From positions 87,856,001 through 87,920,000 of the forward strand of contig NC_045696.1 in the NCBI RefSeq assembly GCF_009834535.1: a stretch of 64,000 nucleotides of DNA, in the 5' to 3' direction. The position numbers and the translations under genes were made by a program. Source of the stretch: Camelus ferus. Taxonomy: Eukaryota. Numbering within the stretch: position 1 is the first letter of the stretch; each line of letters starts with the position of its first letter. This document shows, piece by piece, positions 53,029-64,000 of the stretch. A model generated the notes under the pieces. It saw only the letters and a list, made by a program, of their open reading frames with translations, was not told where the DNA came from and did not search any database.

Positions 53029-53617
53029 TGTGGTAGGAAGAATTTTAAGATGGCCCCCAAATTCTTAGGCACTGGGGCACACCCTTGTATAACACCTCTT
53101 GGCCTGAGACTACAATTGATGTCACACCCATGATTAAGTTATAATATTTTTCAAAAGTGAAGGTAATTTCCAGATTCAATTAAAATTCCTTTCAGGTGAC
53201 TTCAAGTTATTCTAAAGACATTATCCTGGGTGGGACTGACCTAATAAAATGTGTTCCTTCGAAGAGTGTTTTGGCCCTTCCTGAAGCAGCAGAGATGCTT
53301 TCTAGTTGGCCTTGAAGCAGCAAACAGTGATGCTGTGAACTTCCTACGGAGATGGGCAGCTGAGGGCATAAGTTCCACAACTGTAAGGAACTGAACTCTG
53401 CCAACAACCTGCCTGAGCTTGGAATAAGACCCTGAGCCCCAGATGAGAATGCAGCCTATCTGACACATTGATTGCACTCTTATGAGACCCTGAGTAAAGG
53501 AACTGTCTAAGTCATTCCCAGACTCCTGATCCCCTAGAAACTGTGAGATAATAAACATGCCATTTTAAGTCACTAAACTTGTGAAGATCTGTAACTCAGG
53601 AAGAGAAAAATAATACA
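53029..53617 (+). mobile_element. MaLR solo LTR (MLT1D/E-like)
   Basis: tgtggtaggaagaattttaagatggccccc...gaactgaactctgccaacaacc...gaaactgtgagataataaa...aaaaataataca. Confidence 0.88.
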
Positions 53618-53667
53618 CTCAATATACACTACTGTCTCAAGACCTACCTTGATTCACACATATCCCT

Positions 53668-54181
53668 TGTAATAGGGAAGAACAAATCTGACTCCATATT
53701 TAATCTGTTCCTTTAGCTCTAACTCTATGTTCTGTATCCTGGGCTTAGTCTTCCTGGTTCTGCACCTTTTGTAAAAGAATGTTGCCTATAGCCTGAAATA
53801 TACAGGAGAGAACATTCTCAAGGGTCTGACCTTTAAGTGTATAACACTTGTTCCATTCACATAGAGATTTAAAAAAAATTGCAGTATAGAGAATAACAGT
53901 TGTCTTGTTGGGAGTTTATAGGAACATGACCCGACCCACGTGGACAGCTGCAAGAACAAGATTCTGACAGCAAGATGTTTGCAATAACCAACCACACTCA
54001 CTCCCCTTTTTAGTATAAAAGGAGCCTGAATTCCAACTTGGGGAAGATGGTTCTCCAGGACATTGGTCTGACATCTTGGTCTGCTGGGTTTCTGAATAAA
54101 GTTGTTATTCCTTGTCCCAACACCTTGTCTCCCAATTTATTTGCCTGTCATGAAGTGAGCATGAGTTTGGACTCGGTAACA
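53668..54181 (+). mobile_element. ERV1 solo LTR (MER41-like artiodactyl family)
   Basis: Termini tgtaatagggaagaacaaatctgactccat...ggactcggtaaca, TATAAAA at about 54014, AATAAA at about 54095, and a near-TSD ccct/cact. Confidence 0.85.
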
Positions 54182-54519
54182 CACTTTTCTATCCTTTTAC
54201 ATCCTAGACTTTCTATAATGTTGTCATCAGTTTCAGTTACTAAAACTTAGTCCTATCCAGTTTATAATTTTAATTTCAAATCCATTTAGGCATCCTCCTC
54301 TCACCCAGTACAAGTTACAACTATGGCCTTGCCTGCTTAGGGTAGCTCGGGTAAAGTTCTGTCTTTCCCAGTATTTTTCAAGGTCTATATTTCTGTTTGC
54401 TTCTGTAAGGGGGAAAAGGAGACTCAAAGAGAAGATCACATTTGTGTATGTGGTGGGAGGTTTGACTGATTTGGTCTGGCTTATTCAGTCTGCAAAAGTA
54501 GCATGCATGACTCTCTCAA

Positions 54520-54850
54520 TCATGTTCAGCTTCACTCCAGACCCCTCTGTTGCTGACATCCCCAGAGAGGGGCAGCTGGACCTCCCTTGGTCTCCTGCCA
54601 GTGCACCATACCTTCCCAGGCTGATATTGCTTCTTTGTCACTGGTTTTTGTTTATGAATTTCTGCTGCCGTAAATTGTGACTCTCTGTATCTATCTGTCT
54701 TTCTCTCCAATTTTGGTTTGCCCTGTTACCTCACATCTTTGAGGGATCTAAAAATTGCTGATTTTGCAGTTTGCTCAACTTTTCACTTGTTGCTAGGCTG
54801 GAGTGGTGACTTCTAAGAATCTTACATGCTGGTCTGAAAACCAGAAGCAC
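54520..54850 (-). mobile_element. L1MC-type 5'-end remnant
   Basis: cttttcacttgttgctaggctggagtggtgacttctaagaatcttacatgctggtctgaaaaccagaag resembles the recalled L1MC4 5' terminus. Confidence 0.6.
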
Positions 54851-55989
54851 TTCTCAAGTCTTTTTTATAAGCACTCAAGATGCATGTCTGGTTTCAACAT
54901 TAACGAAAATACCAAATCAAGATAAATCTATCCATTGCTCTTCCTAAACCTATACAATTGTTCTTCATTGTCTTTCATGTTCAGTTTGACATTCATTATT
55001 CCAGCTTTGAAACTTAACTGGGATAACCACCATCTTTGTCCAGAAGTGCATTAACTCTGAATTCTCTTCCTGGCTCCCTCTTTGATTTCTCCTTGTTTCA
55101 ATGTGTCCTGTTACCAGCTTTATGTCCCCAAAACACAACTCGAGTGCTATCAAAAATTCAGTTTTCCACCATGTTTAATTACTCTATGCTTGATATACAG
55201 GGCCCTGAACAGATGGCCCAAAGAATCTTACCAGTCATAAGCACTGTAGTAACCCCAGTGTCTTAAGTTGTGTAAATTGTCATCTCATTGACTTAGTCAC
55301 AATTTCTCCAAATATATCTATGTTCTCTCAATCCCACCTGTTCACTTATAATGCTTCCTTGACTTGTAAAGCTCATCAAAACATAGTCCATTTATCAAGG
55401 CCAATTTCAAGCCTTTCCCAATATTCCTAATCAGATGTCCTCTCTCCCTTCTCCAGTATTCATAGCAGTGTATCTGAGAGATGATACTTACGGACACCAG
55501 AGTCTAGTTAAACATATCTGTTTTATTTTTCCAAATTTAATGGAAGATTCTCCAATGCACCCTGATCATTTTCTGTCCCATGCATTACCTACTACACTAT
55601 CTGGCACAGAGCAGGCATAAAACAAATTTCTACCTAATTGAAAAGTGCATGGAAGCAAACTTCAAAAAAAAATATTCAAACAAAACTCTCTTACTCCTCA
55701 GGTGTGATAATCCAAATATGTGGTTGGATGAATACACACACACACACACACACACACACCTCTTTAAGAAAAATGGGGTAAAAAGTAGCACTCTTCAAAC
55801 TGATGATGACCAGCCTCAACTGACTGAAGTTCAACACTTCTAAAAACAAGAAACACTTCTGCTAAGTACATAATTGTATATCTGCCATTTAAAATTTTGA
55901 ATTGTCAAATAATTCACTATCATTACTAGAATTCTTCTCATCGATCTATTGTCCCATAGAAGAAATAACCATTTTTCAAATAAACTTAC

Positions 55990-56063
55990 CAAAAGTAGAC
56001 TTGATAGTTGTAAATATCTTTGTGAAGTATACCTCTACTGTCATGCTGAGTAAATAATTCTGA
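55990..56063 (-). other. Candidate 74-nt spliced exon (an alternative AG 4 nt downstream would give 70 nt)
   Basis: On the minus strand the acceptor is cattattctttatag|TCAGAA and the strong donor is TTTTG|gtaagt. Unique sequence. Confidence 0.5.
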
Positions 56064-57695
56064 CTATAAAGAATAATGTGTGATAATTTTGATAAAAACA
56101 CCAGGATATCCATTTTTAAAGGACTGGTATTTTTTTGGAGCACTCACTAGAGGAGATTCTAAACTCTGCATAGGAGAAGGCCAATTTCAAGTCATTTCGG
56201 AAACCAATTTTGAGCCAACTAGGAAGTCAAATAATGAAGTCAGTTATATCTATTTATTCAATTATTTTGCAAAAGTAGTATTTATTAGATCATCCTCTGC
56301 CCCTTTTAAAAAGCTTTTGAGTCTGATTTTTTTTTTCCCTGATTTTCAAAACTCAAATTTACCCTGCAGGAATGAAGACAGGCCCTTCTGATGTGTCTTC
56401 AAAGAATGTACATGTGCTGCAGTCCTAAAAGACCATTTCAAATCAAAGTTTAACAAACTTTCTGATTCCACTTGTTGGCCATGGCAGGCTCCAAAAGTGA
56501 CTGCTTTAAACATGCACCTAGTGGGTAAATTTTGTTTGTCATGTTGAAATACTAGTGATAAAAGTGATCATGAACCATAGTGATCATGAACACATGTGCT
56601 GTAGGAGGGTACTGTGTTGATATGCTTATTTGTAGTAATAAGACACAATGAACTGCACAAAAAATACAGACAGAATTAATGAACAGAATTTAATTCTCTG
56701 CAAAAAGTAATAAATTAGAGGGGAAAATTCCCTAATGTGGTGAGTTCAATATTTTATCAACTCTACACAATTTAAATTCACATACAATATGCCAGGCTAG
56801 AGTTAAAAATCATTATGTACCTATTTGAGGAGTAACAGTTGACTTCCAACAAATAAAAAAGTCAAAGAAATACCCAGTAAAATTGTTGTTTCCTAAGGAA
56901 TAATCCCCCCCCCCAACAAATTGGATATTTTCATATAATGAAAGTATGATAAGCATTTGTCTAACCCTGGTTTTCTCACTTTCTAGAAAGAATATTTAGA
57001 AAGCGATTCCCAAGTTAGATCAGATTTGTATCAGTTATAGGATAACTTATTTCATAGGCATTTCCTTCTCAAAGCTTTTAAATCTTGATAATGCAATATA
57101 TAAAACCATACTGAAGAGTTACTACCATAGTAAAGCAAAGACGGACCACACAAAGCCTGCACAGTTTCTAAAGCCAAAGGCTTCCAAGATCAACTGTGAC
57201 ATTTGCTATTCCTCTGTTGTCACTGATTTAGTCCAGGTGGTTTTATATACTGAAATAAGTATCGCCATTTTCACAGTATTTTATATTATATTGATTTTAT
57301 CCTAAGTGTTTCTGTATATAATCTTTATACAAGCTCAGTCGACATTTAAAAAAGCTATCTGGGATATCTGATTATTTGCTCTTACTCCAACATTTAAGTG
57401 TGCTCCTGCCTCAGAGTCTTTGCACCATCTGTTCCCTCTGCTTGGAACAGTCTTCTCCCAGATATCCCCACCATTCATTCAGATCACAGAATGAGGCTTC
57501 TTATGGAGACTACTCTATTAAAATAGCAGCGCCCTCTGCCCCACACCTGCCCTGCCACTCTCTAGTTTCCTCTATTATTAATTCTCCTTAGCTTTGACTA
57601 TGCTGTAAAATATCCTGTTATTTATTCATTTAGTTATTGCCTGTGCCTTTCCCACACCCACTTCCACTAGATAATAAACCCTTACAGGTAGATTT

Positions 57696-58979
57696 TTCTA
57701 ATACAGACTATGTTTTTGAGAGAAATTTTAGGTTCAGAGCAAAATTGAGAGACAGAGATTCCCCATACAGGCCCTGCCCTCACACATACATAACCTCCTC
57801 CATTATCCACGTCGCCCACCAGAGTGATATGTTTGTTACTGTTGATGAAGCTACACTGACACATCATGATCACACAACGTCTGTAGTCTGCTTTAAGGGT
57901 AATTCTTAGTGTTGTACATTTTATGGGTTTGGACAAATGACACATATCCATCATTACGATATTATCCAGGGTATTTTCACTGCCTTAAAAATTCTCTGTG
58001 CTCTGCCTATCCATTGCCTCTATCCCAATCCCTGGTAACCACTGATAATTTTATTGTCTCCATAGTTTGGCTTTTCCAGAATGGATTCCAGAATCCATAT
58101 GTTTGGATTCATATGGTATGTAGACTTTCAGATTGGCTTCTTTCTTTCAGCAATATGCATTTAAGGTTCCTCCACATTTTTTCATGGCTTGCTAGCTGAT
58201 TTCTTTTCAACATTGAATAATATTCCATTGTATTATCACCATTAGTTTACCCATTCATCTATTGAAGCACATCTTGGCTGCATTCAAGTTTGGATAATTG
58301 AGAATGAAGCTGCTATTAAACATCTGTGTGCAGGTTTTCATGTGGACACAGATTTTCAATTCATTCAGGTAAATATCAAATAGCAGGATTGTTGGATTAT
58401 ATGGTGACTATGTTTAGCTTTGTTAGAAACTGCCAAACCATCTTCCAAAGTGGATGTACTATTTTGTATTCGCATCAACAGTGAACAAAAGCTCCCATTG
58501 CTCCACATCCTTGCCAACATTTGTTGTCAGTGTTTGAGTTTTTATGACTATTCTAATATGTATGCTATAGTATCTCATTGTTTTAATTTGCATTTCCCTG
58601 ATAACATAAGATGTGAAGAATTTTTTTCATATGCTTACCTGCCATCTGTCTATCTTCTTTTGTGAGATGTTAAGGTCTCTGGTCTTTTTTTATTTAGCCT
58701 TATTTATTTTCTTGTTGAGTTTTAAGAGTTCTATGTATATATTTGCATAATATTCTTCATCTGATGTGTCTTTTGCACATATTTTCTCTCAGTCTGTGTC
58801 TGATCTTATTCTCTTGACATTGTCTTTCACAGAGCAAAGCTTTCATTTTAATAAAGTCTAGCTTATCAATATTTTTCTTTTATAGATGGCTCTTTTGATA
58901 TTATACCCCAAAAGTCACTGCTATATCCAAGGTCATCTACGTTTTCTCCTGTTATCTTTCAGGAGTTTTATAGTTTTAC
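57696..58979 (-). mobile_element. L1MC/MD-type LINE-1 3' fragment inserted into an L2
   Basis: 3' end ttttaggttcagagcaaaattgag...caccagagtgatatgtttgttac. TSD acaggtagattt 57684-57695 / acaggcagattt 58980-58991. L2 sequence lies on both sides (about 57370-57683 and 58992-59075). Confidence 0.9.
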
Positions 58980-59088
58980 ACAGGCAGATTTGTTTGGCTT
59001 CATTTTCAGATTACTAAAACAGTACCTAGTACACAGTAGGCACTCAAATTTTTTACTGAATTAGTTAATTAATTTAGGTATAGTATCT

Positions 59089-59200
59089 ATGTGGAGTATG
59101 AGAAAGAATTTGCCTGGCTTTTGCCTTAGGTTTCTGGCAAGGAGTATTAAAAGCTCTTAGAATTTCCTGAGTGACATGCATGTTTGTTTCTCTGTGTAGT
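59089..59200 (+). mobile_element. MER21-like LTR 5' fragment
   Basis: tgtggagtatgagaaagaatttgcctggcttttgcc...ttagaatttcctgagtgac. Confidence 0.55.
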
Positions 59201-60611
59201 ATTGTGAGTAAAGACTTATAAATATAAAAATAGAATTAAGATGCTAGGAACTATAATTTTGCAATGGACAGTTTAAGGTAAATCAAGGTATCATTAACAG
59301 CAGCTGAAACATACTGTCAATACCTCAACATAAAACAGGATACTTCTGAATTTTACATGTTCCATGACTATTATAGTTTCTAGGTTAGCAGGGGTGAGTA
59401 AACTAAGCAAAACATAAGGCAGGCATTAGAAGAGTAGGCGATGCCTATTACACTGGATTTTCATAAGCCGAGTTAAGGATCTACAATAGAGGCAATCAAT
59501 TATTTAAAAAGAAATTCAAATTCAAAAATCAATAACTGGCTTTTTTTGTGCAAGGGAAGTATCTAATAGCAGCAATCAGTAACTAGGGCAACTTCTAACC
59601 TGATACATTCAGACAAAATGATTTCAATTTCTATCTCCAAGTATATTTTAGTGCTTCTCTTCCATCTTATTACTTTGAACATTTTTCATTAGAGATTCAA
59701 GGCTATTCTGAACTGAAAGTCACCACAGAAATCATCACGAGGGAGAACATCTGCTGGAGACACCACGTGAAGTTAAATTTGAATTCAGGTTTTAAGGACA
59801 TAATAAGGAAGATTGTTTTATTACACGAATTCTTTTGCTTTATGAAAGCAAATTGAATAAAATATGTGTCATGTTTCATTTGTAAGGGCTCTAAGAATTT
59901 TTGGTATTTTAGAAGTGCTGGGCAGATTTTCCCTTTATACCATCATAATATAAAACAGATTTGTTAGCAAACCAATTGTGCAAAGAAGAAAATGTTTCTT
60001 CTACTGAAGAGTAAAGAACAATCACTGTTTCAATCACCACTTTAACAGCAGTATTTGCATTCAAGCAATGAATTGCTAATTACTAGTGATTGTTATCTGT
60101 GTGTATAAAAACAAGTTCTCAAAGAGATATATATACACATATATATATATCCATCTCTTCCTTCCTGAACCCCATCAACAAAATATCTCTATCCCCTTTA
60201 ACCTAGCAAAACTGAATTATATTTTTTAAATATTCTATAAATTAGACTCTTCATAAAATCAGATGACCTTCTCAGCCAGTACAAATTAAGAAAGTTTTTT
60301 CAATGTGTGAAAAGAAGAACTAACTAACTAGCTGGAAATCTCATCTCGATTACTATTTTTTCATTGGAGAATTAATTTTAATTTGTGTAACTTTTTAAAA
60401 AGAATCCACAAATGAGCCTCGAGTAAGTCATTCCAGTCCCCAAATTATATTTAATGTTCTACACCTTCCAACCTTTTCAGTAAAAACCATTTGAAAACAA
60501 ATACATGAATAAACAAATGATTGAGGAATAAATAAAAGAAATAACTGAATAAATGCCAAAGATATATGATCCCTACTAGAAAAGCATATTTTAATTGTTC
60601 AGTATGTAACA

Positions 60612-60837
60612 AGATCCCTCAACCTCAGCGCTACTGACATTTTGGGCTGGATAATTCTTTGTCATGGAGCCCTCTCCTGTACATTGTAGGATGGACAGCA
60701 ACGTCCCTGTCCTTTGCCCACAAACGCCAGTAGCACTTATCCCCTGCCCCAGTTGTGACAACCAAAAAAATGTCTGCAAATGTTGCCAAATATCCCCTAA
60801 AGTGTGGGGACAACCTTATCCCCAGTTGAGAACTATT
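60612..60837. mobile_element. MER20 hAT-Charlie DNA transposon
   Basis: ctcaacctcagcgctactgacattttgggctggataattctttgt...ccccagttgtgacaaccaaaaaaatgtc...cccagttgagaac. Confidence 0.92.
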
Positions 60838-60839
60838 AG

Positions 60840-60985
60840 ATAGCTTGTTGAAAACAGATCGCTGGGTCCTACCCCCAGAAATTCTGATTCAGCAAGTACA
60901 AAGGAATTTGGTTTTTTTTTTTTACCATCATTATGGATTTTTGCTGTGTAAGTAATCCTGAACCCCATTTTGAGAACCACTATGT
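60840..60985. mobile_element. MER5A-like element, contiguous with MER20
   Basis: gcttgttgaaaacagatcgctgggtcctacccccagaaattctgattcag...ttttgagaaccact. Confidence 0.8.
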
Positions 60986-61235
60986 ATTTATTTGCAAGCA
61001 ACATTGACAGTGAGGGAAGAGACATTCACAAAAGGTCAACTATGGATTCAGTAATCTGACCTCAGTAGCATTTCTGACTGCCCAAAGCTAAAAGAGGGTC
61101 CAAAGGAAAACCACAAAAGGCCTCTTATCAGAAAACCTTGTACCTTTTTAAGCATTGCAGTATATAAATGTTTTCATGAGCTCTAAATTCTCCCAACAAA
61201 CCTCTGAGGGAGAGTAGCAAAAATATTTTACAAAT

Positions 61236-61415
61236 AGGCTTCCATAACCATTTCTACGTCATGAAGATTTACATTTCTTATTTCTGTGATCATGAATAAC
61301 AACACAACAAAAGCTAATCAACTCTTTCAACTATAGGGCATCCTCAGAGAAAACAGACTCAGGGTAGTCTCACTTCAAATTACACACCTAAAGCCAATCA
61401 GAATTCAAAACTTAG
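61236..61415 (+). repeat. Dispersed direct repeat, copy 1
   Basis: Shares tttctgtgatcatgaataac and aaaagctaatcaactctttcaact(a/g)tagggcatc with 63285-63430. Confidence 0.9.
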
Positions 61416-62344
61416 GTCTTTACACATGTAAAAAAAAATAGTTTTCTTCTTCATGATCCACAGACCTCTCTTCTTCAGCAGGCATGACTAAATCAACAAG
61501 GTCAGTTCACTATAAGTTGGGCATTAAAGAATTCTACACTTTTACCTACACCTATCACTATAATTATATGTAAATATGTATAAATGAAGTTTTAAAAATG
61601 AATTTTGAGATTTTTTTCATCTAATAATTTATAAATATAGTACTCATTTGTTAATGTCCCATCTTCTCTGAAGGTTGAATTATAAGGTTTTGCTGCTGAT
61701 GTTTCTTTAGCCATCACATTACTCCTTATCCAGCTTATGGTCAAATAAATTCTCTTTTTCCATAGTCTACTGTCAAACCTATCCTGCACTGTGCAATTGA
61801 TTTTTATGAACTAAATACAAGAGGGCATATTTATTCCTATCAAATTTATCTTCTTGGTCCAACCCAAATGCTCAGTCTATATAAACCAAATAATCAAATT
61901 AGGGACAAGGCTAGATGTAAATTCCTGTATAAGCTTGATATAACCTCTGTCTTTCCTTCTAATCTTTTCCCCAGTCATTATTAAGAGATATTTATACTTC
62001 TGAAATCCTCTAAGCAAGATAGAAGCATAAGGACCTGTCAGGTAAATGGAGCAGCACCATAAATAACAGAGCAGATCAGCCCACAGTATATTGGCTTTCG
62101 ACCACCCACTAAATAATGTCCAAGGATGTGATTCTCAAGTACCTCACTACCAGCTTCCAGCCTCTTTCCAGACTCACCTCACCTTGATCCTTATCTTCTA
62201 CTCTATAATATGAGCCAACAGGACTTGATCCATTAGTTGAGTTTAACAATATTTCCTACCTCAAGTCTTCTTTTCACTGTTTTGATCTATCCACTCATGA
62301 GAGTCTACTTTGCCTGGTGAGATTCTGCTAATCCTTCAAAGTCC

Positions 62345-62883
62345 TGTTAGGTAGTTAGATAAGTGGAGGCACCAGGCAGATGAGGTGGAGAAGAGGGAGG
62401 ATGGTCCCAAAGATGGCACTGTGCCCACCTCCAGCATAAAAAGGCTTTACTTCCTCTAAATGAGTGCCAGCTTCAACTGCTTGGTAGTGACAAAGACCTC
62501 CTAACTGGACATGACCCGATGCTCACTGTAATATAATTAACATTGTAATTTAAGCTCTCACTATGGGTTTTTCTGTGTGCATCACGGGTAAGGACATGTA
62601 TAAAAGGGGGCAAACATGACTAAGCACTCCAGAGGCAAGAGCCGTCAATCAATCAAGACACCCACTCTAAGGAAAGGTATAAGAGAAGGGACAAAGACTG
62701 CCACTTTTCCTCTCTTGGATCAGCCTTCCTCCTGTTCTTAGAGATGTACTTTCCCTTTGCTAAAAAACCTTTAAAATCTTCCACTACACAATGCCTGTCT
62801 CCCATCTGAATTCTTACATTCTGGGTATGACAAGACCTGGGGTCTTTTCCCTTCCCCTTTTGGAGAAGTTTAAGTCCCATACA
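62345..62883 (+). mobile_element. ERV solo LTR inserted into an L2 remnant
   Basis: Starts tgttaggtagttagata, has TATAAAA at about 62599, a U5-like tgtactttccctttgctaaaaaacc...ctgaattcttacattc...gacaagacc, and a CA terminus. Confidence 0.75.
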
Positions 62884-63284
62884 ACCATCTCCTCCATAAA
62901 GTTTGCCATCATTACCTCCTTTTTTATCCATTGTTTTTGGAAGCAAATCTCTCCCACTGAATGTTTACGGTAATATATGAATACATCACTCTTAACGTGC
63001 TCACTGTTTGTTGATTCCCTGTTTCTATGTCACATCTACTCAATAACTAGCACAGTTTATCATCTGGAAATTTTCTGTTAATTAAGATCACGTCACACTT
63101 GAAATAGATTGAAAATCAGAAAAAGGTGGCAGCTAGCGTGAGCAAATTAAAGGGTGGGCTTAACATAAAAAATGAGTAAATAAACAAGAAAATATTTCAC
63201 CAACAATTCTGCATTGGAAAGAAAAAGAAATAAAAAAGTGTATCTTCTAACACAAGTTATAACAATGAGATTAATCAGTTTAAC

Positions 63285-63430
63285 AGGCTTCCATGACTAT
63301 TTCTAGCTTCTTTACATTTCTAGTTTCTGTGATCATGAATAACAAAAGCTAATCAACTCTTTCAACTGTAGGGCATCATCAGTGGAAACAGTTTTCAGAA
63401 AGAGCACTTCAGAAATGATTCAAAACCTCT
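63285..63430 (+). repeat. Dispersed direct repeat, copy 2
   Basis: See copy 1 at 61236. Confidence 0.9.
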
Positions 63431-64000
63431 AGTGGTTACAGGTGGAAAGGCAGGTTTGGGCCAAAACTGCAAATTGCTTAACCAGTCTTCAGATCACTAG
63501 TTCATTTCAAAGCCATTTGACCTGGAATAAGCCTGCTGAACCTAACTCTTACCTACCCTGAGATAAAAACTATCTAGAGGGACTAGACAATTGATTCCCC
63601 AAAGGACTCCAAAATGAAACAGTGACTAAGGTAGATAAAAGAGAAAAAGAAGCTCAGAACTTGAGCCACAAATTATTTACACTCTTAATTATGTTTTCTG
63701 AAATAGAATTTAAGTTGGGAATAGCTTCCAGTGAAAACTTAGATGTTTCCTAGAGCCAATCTAGTAAATTTATCTGAACTCATCAATTTAATCAAATAAA
63801 ATAATACTAGTCAAATATATTTTAACAAACACCATTACTGAAAAAACATGCCTAGGTAATAAAAATTAGCTTAAGCAACCTAAATAAATGGCTTCCTTAT
63901 GTTAAGCAACATTCAAATTGCAAAATTTCACTTTGAACAAGAATTTGAAAAAAACTTCTACATTCATTGCAATGGCTTACAAAATTAGCATCAAATATAA

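Noticed and set aside
1..64000. CRISPR arrays, operons, rRNA or other prokaryote-type systems
   Set aside because: The sequence is mammalian intronic/intergenic DNA. I saw no regularly spaced repeat-spacer array, long ORF or rRNA-like sequence.

Overview
This is AT-rich, CpG-depleted eutherian genomic DNA, most likely camelid, judging from a Vic-1-type tRNA-derived SINE and cetartiodactyl-type L1 3' ends. I could not find an intact, recognisable protein-coding gene. The supplied ORFs I examined trace to microsatellites, decayed L1 ORF2/ORF1 or LTRs, and the rest look like chance ORFs. A large part of the window is interspersed repeat: L1, L2, MIR, ERV/MaLR solo LTRs and DNA transposons (MER82, MER20, MER5A, MADE2). 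The unique DNA looks like the long introns of a large minus-strand gene. It holds three short exon candidates with good splice signals (56063-55990, 32944-32891, 8386-8243) and two candidate internal promoters/alternative first exons (about 30170-29731 and 9130-8851). It also holds a cluster of strong-context AUGs in the 144-nt exon and a candidate recursive splice site at 22747/22746. Structural oddities include a composite L1 insertion with a ~114-bp fold-back palindrome inside one target-site duplication (TSD), a twin-primed L1, a dispersed ~110-180-bp duplication and several hairpins. Repeat family names come from recalled consensus similarity, and most repeat boundaries are approximate. 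I found no convincing evidence of a wholly new biological system.
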